Part shown: positions 35,199 to 42,958 of the stretch, one piece after another
How positions within the stretch are numbered: position 1 is the first letter of the stretch
Layout of the letters: each line of letters opens with the position of its first letter
NCBI GenBank assembly: GCA_016927765.1
Contig: JAFGMB010000236.1
Span: 1 to 42,958, forward strand
Source of the DNA: Synergistales bacterium
Lineage (GTDB): Bacteria; Synergistota; Synergistia; Synergistales; JAFGMB01
Direction: 5' to 3'
Length of the DNA stretch: 42,958 bases
The notes under the pieces: generated by a model
The model's database searches: none
Seen by the model: the letters and a program-made list of their open reading frames with translations, nothing else
Told to the model about the DNA's origin: nothing
Translations under genes and position numbers: made by a program

Positions 35199-36382
35199 GC
35201 AGAAAAGGATATTACGGCAGGTTCGGAGGACGCTTCGTTCCGGAGACGTTATTTCCGGCATTGGAAGAACTGGATAAAGCTTACGATGAACTTAGCTGCG
35301 ATCAGGCTTTCCAGAAAGAACTGAAAGAGCTGCTTTCAAAGTACTGCGGACGTCCTTCACCACTCTATTTCGCTGAGAGACTCACGGAATACCTGGGAGG
35401 TGCCAGGATCTATCTCAAAAGGGAGGATCTTAACCCTACCGGGGCGCATAAGATCAACAACGCCCTGGGCCAGGCCCTTATCGCTCTACGCCTTGGAAAG
35501 AAACGTATCATCGCCGAGACCGGGGCAGGACAGCACGGTGTGGCTACAGCAACAGCAGCGGCTCGTTTCGGACTGGAATGTCATGTTTTCATGGGGGAAG
35601 AAGATATGCGACGCCAGGCTTTGAACGTGGACCGGATGCGCCTTCTTGGAACCGAGGTGGTCCCTGTGCTTTCCGGAAGCAGAACCCTTAAGGACGCCAC
35701 CAACGAGGCTATCCGCCATTGGGTCGCTCACGTGGAAGACACCCATTACATCATCGGGTCTGTTGTTGGTCCTCACCCCTATCCAGCTATGGTGAGGGAC
35801 TTTCAGAGGATCATAGGTGACGAGACAAAGGAGCAGATGTACGAAGCCGAGGGACGTCTTCCCGACCTGCTCGTGGCATGCGTGGGAGGTGGAAGCAATT
35901 CCATTGGGCTTTTTCATCCCTTCATCGGGGATCCCAGCGTCAGGATGATAGGCGTAGAGGCGGCAGGGAAAGGGATCGAAACAGGTGAACATGCTGCGAC
36001 ACTCACTGCAGGAAGGATAGGTGTTCTTCATGGCAGCCGCTCCTATCTTCTCCAGGATGAAGAAGGGCAGATCATCGAGGCCTACTCCATCTCTGCCGGA
36101 CTGGATTATCCAGGGGTCGGCCCGGAACACAGCGCTTATATGGAGTCGGGGCGGGTGGAGTACACATCGGTAACGGACAGGGAGGCACTGGAGGCTTTCT
36201 CTCTGCTTTCAAAGCTGGAGGGGATCATCCCCGCACTGGAGAGTTCCCATGCCATAGCACAGGTCTTGAAGACCGCTCCTGGTCTTCCGAAGGATTGCCT
36301 GGTAGTGATCAATCTGTCCGGGCGGGGCGACAAGGATATGAATTCAGTCAGACCCTACCTGTTGGAAGGAGTGGAGGCATAA
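35195..36382 (+). CDS. trpB: tryptophan synthase beta chain
   Basis: The motifs [21 protein letters not shown] and GGGSN are present. Confidence 0.95.
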   Translation: MSRKGYYGRFGGRFVPETLFPALEELDKAYDELSCDQAFQKELKELLSKYCGRPSPLYFAERLTEYLGGARIYLKREDLNPTGAHKINNALGQALIALRLGKKRIIAETGAGQHGVATATAAARFGLECHVFMGEEDMRRQALNVDRMRLLGTEVVPVLSGSRTLKDATNEAIRHWVAHVEDTHYIIGSVVGPHPYPAMVRDFQRIIGDETKEQMYEAEGRLPDLLVACVGGGSNSIGLFHPFIGDPSVRMIGVEAAGKGIETGEHAATLTAGRIGVLHGSRSYLLQDEEGQIIEAYSISAGLDYPGVGPEHSAYMESGRVEYTSVTDREALEAFSLLSKLEGIIPALESSHAIAQVLKTAPGLPKDCLVVINLSGRGDKDMNSVRPYLLEGVEA

Positions 36383-37167
36383 TGAGACAACTTGGGAATG
36401 TTTTCAACAAAGGCAAATGCCTGATATCCTTTGTTACCGCCGGGGACCCCGATCTTGAGACCACCCGCTCGCTGGTTCTGGCCCTTGAAGAGGCGGGAGT
36501 CGACATTATTGAATTGGGAGTCCCTTTCTCGGATCCTCAAGCTGATGGCCCTGTTATACAGGCAGCCGGACAGAGGGCACTTAAAGCGGGAACCACTCTC
36601 TCGAAAGTCCTCGACCTCGCGAGGAACCTGAAAGGTGATGTAAAGGCCCCACTTGTTCTCATGGGCTATTACAACCCGATCATGAGCTACGGCGAGGAAC
36701 GCTTCGCACTGGATGCCGCGGAAGCAGGGATTTCAGGGGTGATCGTACCTGACCTTCCCTTCGATGAAGGAGAAGACTTTTACAGCACTCTCGACAGGCA
36801 AGGTGTTGATGGAATCCTCATGTTGACACCAAATACTGAAGAGAGGCGCCTCATCGAGACAGGCCGAAGGGGCAGGGGCTTTGTCTACTGCGTATCTCTC
36901 CTTGGGATCACCGGCCAGGAAAGTGGTTTCCACGAACAGATGGGCGAATACATCGCAAGGGTTAGAAAACACGTCAGCATACCTCTTGCGTTGGGATTCG
37001 GCATCGAAGGTCCGGAAAGAGCTGCCAGGGTGGCATCTATAGTGGACGGAGTGGTAGTGGGCAGTGCCATTGTCCGCCTGGTTGAAAAATTCGGACATGA
37101 CAGGAAAGAGCTCGAAAACAATGTCAAACCCTTTGTTACGAGCCTCAAAAATGCCATAACCATCTGA
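36382..37167 (+). CDS. trpA: tryptophan synthase alpha chain
   Basis: The start is within TAATG, a 1-nt overlap with the trpB stop. The motifs FVTAGDP, ELGVPFSDPQADGPVIQ and GFGI are present. Confidence 0.9.
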   Translation: MRQLGNVFNKGKCLISFVTAGDPDLETTRSLVLALEEAGVDIIELGVPFSDPQADGPVIQAAGQRALKAGTTLSKVLDLARNLKGDVKAPLVLMGYYNPIMSYGEERFALDAAEAGISGVIVPDLPFDEGEDFYSTLDRQGVDGILMLTPNTEERRLIETGRRGRGFVYCVSLLGITGQESGFHEQMGEYIARVRKHVSIPLALGFGIEGPERAARVASIVDGVVVGSAIVRLVEKFGHDRKELENNVKPFVTSLKNAITI

Positions 37168-37214
37168 ACTGTCACATAGATAGGCTGTAGGTTCTGGCAC
37201 TATGGCAGATGGGG

Positions 37215-37257
37215 ATTACAGGGGAGAAGGATCTCCTTGATCCTTCCCCCCTGTAAT
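37215..37257. terminator. long hairpin terminator between trpA and the convergent gene
   Basis: ATTACAGGGGAGAAGGATC-TCCTT-GATCCTTCCCCCCTGTAAT is a 19-bp stem with one mismatch. Confidence 0.7.
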
Positions 37258-37262
37258 TGCGT

Positions 37263-38120
37263 TTAACCGAGCATTTGCCGGATGTTGATTTCTTCAGTCA
37301 GACCAAGGAGTTCCTCGTAGTCATGGAGAGGCATCATTTTATCAAAGAGCGAACTGGTGGTACCTGTTTGCTGAAGGATCTCGAGCATTTCTTTCACCCT
37401 GTTGGCCGCGTAAAGGGTTGTTGAAAGGCAATAGATAACGATCTTTACGCCCAGGCCTTCCAGTTCCTGGCTTGAATAGATGTTTTCCGGGAAAAGCTCG
37501 AGCATATCGTAAAGTACCGGTGCATCCACACTGGTGGTCAGTTTCAGTATCTCCTCCCTGCTTTCAAGCATCTCAACATAAACCACGTCGGCTCCGGCAT
37601 CAGCATAAGCCCTGGCCCGTCTTAGGGATTCCTCGAAACCAAGGACCTTCCTGGAGTCACTACGGGCAATGATCATAAAATCGGGATCTTTCCTGGCTTT
37701 AACAGCAATTCTGATCTTCTCAGCCATCTCTTCGGTGGATACCAGCTGTATCCCTTCCATGGCACCACATTTTTTGGGGCTTGCCTGATCCTCGATGTGG
37801 ACGGCAGATACGCCTGCAGCCTCGAATTCTTCAACCGTTCGCTTGACGTTGTTAAGACCTCCATAGCCATTATCTGCATCGCTGATAAGGGGAATACTTA
37901 TACATGACGCCAGGTAATGGGCTCTCTGGACCATTTCCGTCATGGTAGCCACACCGATATCCGGTTTGCCCATCATGCTTGCGACCGCACCGTTGCCGGT
38001 CATGTAACAGACATGGAACCCAACTTTTTCGACCAGCCGGGCCCCTATGGCATCGCTTACTCCGGGAGCGATGATGATCCCGGGCCTGTTCATCAGTTCC
38101 CTCAATCTCTGATTTTTCAT
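37263..38120 (-). CDS. isocitrate lyase/PEP mutase-family enzyme (methylisocitrate lyase / carboxyvinyl-carboxyphosphonate phosphorylmutase-like)
   Basis: The motifs APGVSDAIGAR, SDADNGYG and VHIEDQASPKKCG are present. ATG 38120 has AGGAGG upstream. Confidence 0.8.
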   Translation of the reverse strand: MKNQRLRELMNRPGIIIAPGVSDAIGARLVEKVGFHVCYMTGNGAVASMMGKPDIGVATMTEMVQRAHYLASCISIPLISDADNGYGGLNNVKRTVEEFEAAGVSAVHIEDQASPKKCGAMEGIQLVSTEEMAEKIRIAVKARKDPDFMIIARSDSRKVLGFEESLRRARAYADAGADVVYVEMLESREEILKLTTSVDAPVLYDMLELFPENIYSSQELEGLGVKIVIYCLSTTLYAANRVKEMLEILQQTGTTSSLFDKMMPLHDYEELLGLTEEINIRQMLG

Positions 38121-38319
38121 TTCCGACCTACCTCCTGTCCAGAAAAAGGTCATATTGACACGAAGTTCATAAAACCGCTTATCCTGTCCATTACCCTGAT
38201 CTCATGGAGCCCATCAATGATTCAGCTGTTAAAGTATAGCAATTCTTTGAAATCATACCCATAATAAGGTACCTTGTGATGTAATATGGACTATGTAAGT
38301 GTTTATCCTGAAAGAGCAG

Positions 38320-38379
38320 TCTGCCCACTGTCACCCGCGGTCACCGGGGGCATCCGCAGGGAGGACTGACAGGGGCAGA
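38320..38379. other. 60-nt nested stem-loop in a divergent intergenic region (unassigned structured element)
   Basis: TCTGCCCACTGTCA at 38320..38333 pairs with TGACAGGGGCAGA at 38367..38379 with a 1-nt bulge. An inner GCGG/CCGC stem is present. Confidence 0.3.
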
Positions 38380-38462
38380 AGAAGGCTGATAAAGGGTCAA
38401 TTTACGAATATACGGAAGATCAGAGTGATAACAAATCTCTTCACTTCCTGTTCTCGAAAGGG

Positions 38463-39848
38463 ATGAAAAGAATGAAACTTTCACGCTCGAATAAAAGGAC
38501 ACTTCCCTCGCTACTGATAACCCTGTTTATTGTATCCCTGTCGGTATCTGGAATTGCCTGTGCTGCTGAAGTCCGGGAAGCGGAAGTTTCCAACGAGATA
38601 CAGGATGTGCTGGAACTTCCCCAGAACCCTTTCTTTTATCTTTCCGGGGATTACAACAAAAGACTCATCAGTGAGGAAGAGCAGCAAGATCACCTCCGGG
38701 AGTTCATGAAACTTTATTTCTCTCCATGGTCCCAATCCGGCCCCCGCCATGGAATGGACGTACATGACTGGATCTTTCAGCATTTCGGTGAAAAACAGGG
38801 TTACGGAGAGAACCTGCGTCCCAGGTCCGGGGAATGGCTCGAGGGTCAGAAGATCAACTCCAACTTCCAGGCTTTCAGAAGCCTGGATAGAAAAGCTATT
38901 TCAGTAAGAGGAACTGACCTTAGGCTTTTGCCCACCGACAGGCCCTTTTTCTACGATCCTGCCCTTCCAGGTGAAGGTTTCCCCTTCGATCACCTTCAGA
39001 ATTCAGGCGTTCATGGTGGAGAGCCTCTTTTTATATCCCACCTGTCGAAGGATGGAGCATGGGCATGGAGTGAAACTTCCTATGCAGCCGGGTGGATAAG
39101 GGTTGAGGACCTTGCCTTCGTGAATGAAGAATTCATGGAAAAATGGATGTCCCTGCCCCTGGGTGTTGTGACTTCTGATAAATCACCCTTGACTGACGAA
39201 GAAGGGTTATTCCGTTTCATGGGAACTATCGGGACCATTCTTCCCATTACAGATCGTGGAATAGCCAAAAACAGGGTGCTCCTTCCAGTCCGGGATACTG
39301 ATGGCAAAGCCATAGTAAAAACAGCACTCCTTGACGTCGAGCACTTTCGGGTCCACCCCCTCCCCTTCACAAGCTGGAATGCTGCAATGGTCTGTGAAGG
39401 CCTTATCAACAACCCATACGGCTGGGGGGGATACCTGGAGAACCGGGACTGCTCCTCCACCATAAGGGATATCCTCCTCCCCTTTGGTATCTGGATGCCC
39501 CGAAACTCGGGAGCCCAGGCAAAAACAGGATTGACCATATCTCTTGAGGGCATGGAAAGATCGGAAAAGATCCGTGCCATTCTAAGGGAAGCAACACCCT
39601 TCAGTACCCTTGTGAACAAAAGAGGGCACGTGATGTTATACATCGGTTACTATCATGGCAGACCAGTCATCCTTCACAATACATGGGGCATCGGGACACT
39701 CGAAGAAGGTAGTGAAAGAAGACATATTATAGGTAAAACTGTTCTAACCACCCTTGAGCCTGGAAAAGAGCTTGACCATCTTCACCCCGACAAGGGACTC
39801 CTGATCGACAGTATCACAGGAATAACCCTCCTTGGGGGGATCAGGTAG
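38463..39848 (+). CDS. secreted NlpC/P60-family cell-wall peptidase with N-terminal SH3-like domains
   Basis: A signal peptide is present. The catalytic Cys context is NRDCSSTIRDIL and the His context is RGHVMLYIGYYHGRPVILHNTWG. Confidence 0.8.
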   Translation: MKRMKLSRSNKRTLPSLLITLFIVSLSVSGIACAAEVREAEVSNEIQDVLELPQNPFFYLSGDYNKRLISEEEQQDHLREFMKLYFSPWSQSGPRHGMDVHDWIFQHFGEKQGYGENLRPRSGEWLEGQKINSNFQAFRSLDRKAISVRGTDLRLLPTDRPFFYDPALPGEGFPFDHLQNSGVHGGEPLFISHLSKDGAWAWSETSYAAGWIRVEDLAFVNEEFMEKWMSLPLGVVTSDKSPLTDEEGLFRFMGTIGTILPITDRGIAKNRVLLPVRDTDGKAIVKTALLDVEHFRVHPLPFTSWNAAMVCEGLINNPYGWGGYLENRDCSSTIRDILLPFGIWMPRNSGAQAKTGLTISLEGMERSEKIRAILREATPFSTLVNKRGHVMLYIGYYHGRPVILHNTWGIGTLEEGSERRHIIGKTVLTTLEPGKELDHLHPDKGLLIDSITGITLLGGIR

Positions 39849-39969
39849 ACCTGATATCGGAATGACCCGTAAGTACTACATAAGAAGATGTAATGTGAAA
39901 ACCTGAAACCTGAGGACCTTTTATGAGGATAAATACCCTGGATAGCATTTCAAAAAGGAGGTATGTAAA

Positions 39970-40584
39970 ATGAATGGCTCTTCCAAAAATGTCTATATCC
40001 TTGTCTTCGATGGGATGGCAGATTGGGAACCAGCCCTTGCCTTATGCGAAATAAAGAAAAAAGACAAAATGGACGTGATCTCCGTGGGTTTTTCCCAGGA
40101 ACCGGTCACCACCATGGGGGGATTGAAGATCCTCCCCGATATGGCTCTGAACGATGCAGAGCCTGAGGATATGGCCCTTTTCATCCTGCCGGGAGGAGAA
40201 ATGTGGGAAAAGGAAGAACACCCCCTTCTTCAGACCCTTCTGAAGACCTTTAAAAACGCCGGGGTTCCAGTTGCGGCAATATGCGGGGCCGTATTATCCC
40301 TTGCCAGGGCCGGGATACTGAAAGATACCCTCCATACCTCTAATTACAGGGGATACATCGAGGGGATAGTACCGGACTATGCAGGAAAGAAACATTACGT
40401 GGACGACAGGCTCTCCGTTACCGACAATGGTGTTATCACCGCCAGCGGTGTGGGTTACGTGGAATTCGCCAGGGATATCATAGATCTTTTGAAGATCTAC
40501 TCTCCAGAGCTGACGGAGGATTGGTACCAGCTGTTCAAATACGGCAGGATCACGGAGGAATACCTGAAGCATATTAAAAAGTAG
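39970..40584 (+). CDS. DJ-1/PfpI-family (class I glutamine amidotransferase-like) protein
   Basis: A nucleophile-elbow-like AAICGAVLSLARAG is present. AAGGAGG lies upstream. Confidence 0.8.
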   Translation: MNGSSKNVYILVFDGMADWEPALALCEIKKKDKMDVISVGFSQEPVTTMGGLKILPDMALNDAEPEDMALFILPGGEMWEKEEHPLLQTLLKTFKNAGVPVAAICGAVLSLARAGILKDTLHTSNYRGYIEGIVPDYAGKKHYVDDRLSVTDNGVITASGVGYVEFARDIIDLLKIYSPELTEDWYQLFKYGRITEEYLKHIKK

Positions 40585-40902
40585 GGTACGCCCAGAGGAC
40601 TCCACCGCAGATTCCGTCAAAAACCATCAGAATAAACCATAGAGACAGGTTGGCCGGACCCTCAGCATCCTAATACAACATAGAGCTGGATTAAGGCGGA
40701 CTTTCAGTACAGAGTAGAACCTTTTTCTATAGGTAGAATCTACACCTGAAAAGCGAACCACAGAGAAGGGCTTTTCATGTGTTTAATCAAAAATCCAAAA
40801 TCGGCGATCTAAGATCGGTTCACCACGGAGGCCCACAGCCGGAACCTTTCCCCCGGGTAAAGTTCCAACCATGGACTGTTTGCCTCTATATGACCCACCA
40901 GG

Positions 40903-40930
40903 TTGTCATTTCCTTAGAAGTATATATAAT
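40903..40930 (+). promoter_or_regulatory. candidate sigma-70 promoter for the Cys-rich micro-ORF and cysteine-synthase-like gene
   Basis: TTGTCA at 40903..40908, a 16-nt spacer, TATAAT at 40925..40930. Confidence 0.45.
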
Positions 40931-40962
40931 TAACTTATCACTTTTTCAGAGGAGGTGTACTA

Positions 40963-41094
40963 ATGAGGGATATTACGAAAACAACCAGAAAAAGGAACTT
41001 CTCTTCCTGTTGTTGTCGAGAGATGACTATATCCTGTCGATGTATCGACATCGCCGTTGGGAAACCTTCTCGAAGGAAACCCCTTTCTTTCTGA
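40963..41094 (+). CDS. 43-aa Cys-rich micro-ORF MRDITKTTRKRNFSSCCCREMTISCRCIDIAVGKPSRRKPLSF (candidate leader peptide or small protein)
   Basis: This is below the ORF-track cutoff. AGAGGAGG lies 7 nt upstream of ATG 40963. TGT TGT TGT occupies 41008..41016, and two more Cys codons follow. Confidence 0.45.
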   Translation: MRDITKTTRKRNFSSCCCREMTISCRCIDIAVGKPSRRKPLSF

Positions 41095-41246
41095 CCCCAT
41101 CGGCGTAGGATCCCAAAAACATTTCAACTGCTTTTGAGGAAAAGCCCTGCTTTATGACGGGGCTTGAAAATGGTGCTATTCAAAGACCGGCTGCTGAATA
41201 ACAGCATCCCTCTGATGCCTGTTATGGAAAGAAAGGAGAAATTATC

Positions 41247-42650
41247 ATGTCTCGTAATGAGATGGTCTGGGGACCAACTTATGAAGAAATGCTCCACCCC
41301 GAAAAAATAGATCCTGCCCTTCGCGAAAGGGCAATAGAGAAAAAGAACTGCCTTGATCCCGAGGCCCTTTTCAACATCACATGGAAAGACCTCCACCATA
41401 TCCCCTATTTCATGGTCATTCCCCCGAGGATCACTGGATTAGATGCTAATATCATTGTTCTCCTCGGGAAACACTTCCCCACCGGTTCCCACAAGGTGGG
41501 CTCCACCTATTCGGTCACCATGGAAAAACAGCTTGAGGGGTCCATAGATCCTTCAAGGGACACCCTGGTCTACCCATCCACCGGCAATTTCGGCATCGGC
41601 GGCGCATGGGTGGCTGGAAGAATGGGTTATGATTCCCTGGTGATACTTCCCTCATCAGTAAGCAGAGAACGCTTCGACCGGATCACCAGTTATGGGGGCA
41701 ACTACCTTAAGGCACCAGGTCTCGCAGGAATGTTCGAAGAGGCGAAAAAAATTGCTTCCCTTCCTGGAATGACGGTGATGAACCAGTTCATTTCCATGGC
41801 CAACTACAGGTTTCACTATGCCGTTACAGGCAATACCATCGTGGAACTCATGGAATACCTCAAATCCCTGGGTATCGGGAATGGCCGCTGTGAGGCTTTT
41901 ATCTCGGCCGTGGGTTCCGGGGGGACCATAGCTGCGGGAGACAGGATCAAAGAAATCTTTCCCGAAAGCCGGATCGTAGCCCTGGAGCCCTTCCAATGCC
42001 CTACCCTTTTCAGCAATGGGAAAGGAGAACATGATATCCAGGGTATCGGGGACGGCATCGTTACCTGGATCCATAACGTGCTCAACACGGATGCCGTAAT
42101 ATGCATGGATGACATGGACTGCAAAAGGGGACTAAGGCTGTTTACCGACCCTGCAGGTAAAAGATACCTGGTCCGGGAAGAAAATATCTCCACTGAAGAA
42201 GTCGAAAAAATGGCTCTTAACTTCGGCATCTCGGGTGTCTGCAACCTTTTAGGAGCCATAAGGGCTGCAAAACATTACAACCTGGCCAGGGGAACCAACA
42301 TGGTGACCATATGCACCGATTCCATCGACCGATACCATTCGGTCATGAAAGAGATGGAACAGAAAGACGGTAAGTTGACCCAGAGTAAAGCGGCAGAGAT
42401 CTTTGAAAGTATCTTCCGGAATCAGGAAGCCCATCTTATCCAGGAAGGAGATAAATCGAACCGCTACAGATGGTTTGAAATGAAACGCTCCTACTGGGTT
42501 AAGGAATGCGGAATGGATGAAGTCGAGCTTGAAGCCCAGAAAGACCCGGGCTGGTGGGAAAAAGAAAGGTCAAAATGTGCAGAGGTGGATCAACAGATCC
42601 TGGGAATGCGTAGAGAAATTGAAAATTCCTTACTGCCCAGGACTTCGTGA
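41247..42650 (+). CDS. long-form cysteine synthase (CysK/CysM)-family fold-type II PLP enzyme with N- and C-terminal extensions
   Basis: The PLP-lysine context is FPTGSHKVGS. The motifs STGNFGIGGA, AVGSGGTIAAG, HDIQGIGDG and GISGVCNLLGA mirror CysK signature blocks. At 467 aa it is far longer than the roughly 300 aa of CysK. AAAGGAG lies 8 nt upstream. Confidence 0.75.
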   Translation: MSRNEMVWGPTYEEMLHPEKIDPALRERAIEKKNCLDPEALFNITWKDLHHIPYFMVIPPRITGLDANIIVLLGKHFPTGSHKVGSTYSVTMEKQLEGSIDPSRDTLVYPSTGNFGIGGAWVAGRMGYDSLVILPSSVSRERFDRITSYGGNYLKAPGLAGMFEEAKKIASLPGMTVMNQFISMANYRFHYAVTGNTIVELMEYLKSLGIGNGRCEAFISAVGSGGTIAAGDRIKEIFPESRIVALEPFQCPTLFSNGKGEHDIQGIGDGIVTWIHNVLNTDAVICMDDMDCKRGLRLFTDPAGKRYLVREENISTEEVEKMALNFGISGVCNLLGAIRAAKHYNLARGTNMVTICTDSIDRYHSVMKEMEQKDGKLTQSKAAEIFESIFRNQEAHLIQEGDKSNRYRWFEMKRSYWVKECGMDEVELEAQKDPGWWEKERSKCAEVDQQILGMRREIENSLLPRTS

Positions 42651-42703
42651 TTTACAGGGCATCTTTCCAACCGGGGGCCGGATCTTTCCGGTCCCCGGGT
42701 TCA

Positions 42704-42958
42704 TCAGGCCTGTTCAGGCAGATCGACCTGGGATGCTTTTCTTCTTTCCTGTCTTTTTCTGAAATAGATCTCAGACTCGGTAACCATTACACCGAAGAAT
42801 ATGATCATGCCTCCCAGAAAAACCTGCCAGTTAAGCATCTCCTCCCCGATGAAAATAGCTATGGCATATCCCCAGAGACACTCCGTTGACTGGAGAATGG
42901 CTGCATGGGTGTCCGGGGAATATCTCTGGGCCATGGGCTGGATGAGAAAAGGCATTAC
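42704..42958 (-). CDS. EamA/DMT-family transporter, C-terminal part only; the gene runs off the right edge
   Basis: The C-terminal TM helices (LWGYAIAIFIGEEMLNWQVFLGGMIIFFGVMV) are followed by a basic tail. The reading frame is open to the window end. Confidence 0.6.
   Translation of the reverse strand, partial: VMPFLIQPMAQRYSPDTHAAILQSTECLWGYAIAIFIGEEMLNWQVFLGGMIIFFGVMVTESEIYFRKRQERRKASQVDLPEQA

Noticed and set aside
38317-38380. Assigning the stem-loop upstream of NlpC/P60 to the c-di-AMP (ydaO), c-di-GMP or cobalamin riboswitch classes
   Set aside because: The conserved cores I can recall for those classes are not present, so I report it only as an unassigned structure.
40779-41108. 109-aa ORF spanning the DJ-1/CysK-like intergenic region
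   Set aside because: It has no RBS and starts upstream of the predicted promoter. The sequence is low-complexity. It overlaps, in another frame, the much better signalled 43-codon Cys-rich ORF.
1-42958. tRNA, rRNA, CRISPR arrays, insertion sequences, integrases, and phage or defence-system genes
   Set aside because: Scanning intergenic regions and ORF products by eye, I found no T-loop/acceptor-like sequences and no regularly spaced direct repeats. I also found no transposase, integrase or nuclease-NTPase-type ORFs. Absence cannot be proven without tools.

Overview
A 43-kb chromosomal, metabolism-dominated segment from a bacterium with strong GGAGG-type ribosome-binding sites. The gene content suggests an anaerobic amino-acid or peptide degrader, possibly Synergistota-like, but that is a low-confidence guess. 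All family calls come from motifs read by eye, with no database search. I support about 45 protein genes. From left to right they are: a truncated csp gene; an orphan betaine-type binding protein; an uncharacterised triad of AIR-synthase-related, ATP-NAD-kinase-like and HisC-like genes; a dienelactone hydrolase; a permease plus phosphoribosyltransferase pair; an overlapping class-V aminotransferase and homoserine-dehydrogenase-like pair; an EamA exporter; two tandem paralogous CdaR/PucR-type regulators; MarR plus kynureninase; ornithine-cyclodeaminase-like, threonine-dehydratase-like and MBL-fold genes; an IclR-controlled operon of enolase-superfamily racemase, TRAP DctPQM and M20 amidohydrolase; an envelope cluster of methyltransferase, membrane-anchored YbjQ and a hyper-charged Spy/CpxP-like protein; a complete trpEGDCFBA operon; a PEP-mutase/isocitrate-lyase-family gene; an NlpC/P60 peptidase; a DJ-1/PfpI protein; a long cysteine-synthase-family enzyme; and a second EamA gene that is truncated by the right edge. 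I saw no rRNA, tRNA, CRISPR array, transposase or phage genes. The signals most worth a second look are all below the 60-aa ORF cutoff or non-coding. (1) A well-signalled 43-codon Cys-rich micro-ORF with a Cys-Cys-Cys run sits in the leader of the cysteine-synthase-like gene. (2) A tandemly duplicated module has each CdaR-type regulator facing a conserved, unannotated 27-32 aa hydrophobic peptide gene at identical promoter spacing. (3) The trp operon has a classical Trp-Trp-Trp leader peptide attenuator. (4) The first EamA gene has no ATG, GTG or TTG start and probably uses ATC or ATA. (5) A perfect 21+21 bp palindrome covers the MarR-kynureninase promoter. (6) Phased GTAAA/GTTAA pentamers lie upstream of the Spy/CpxP-like gene.
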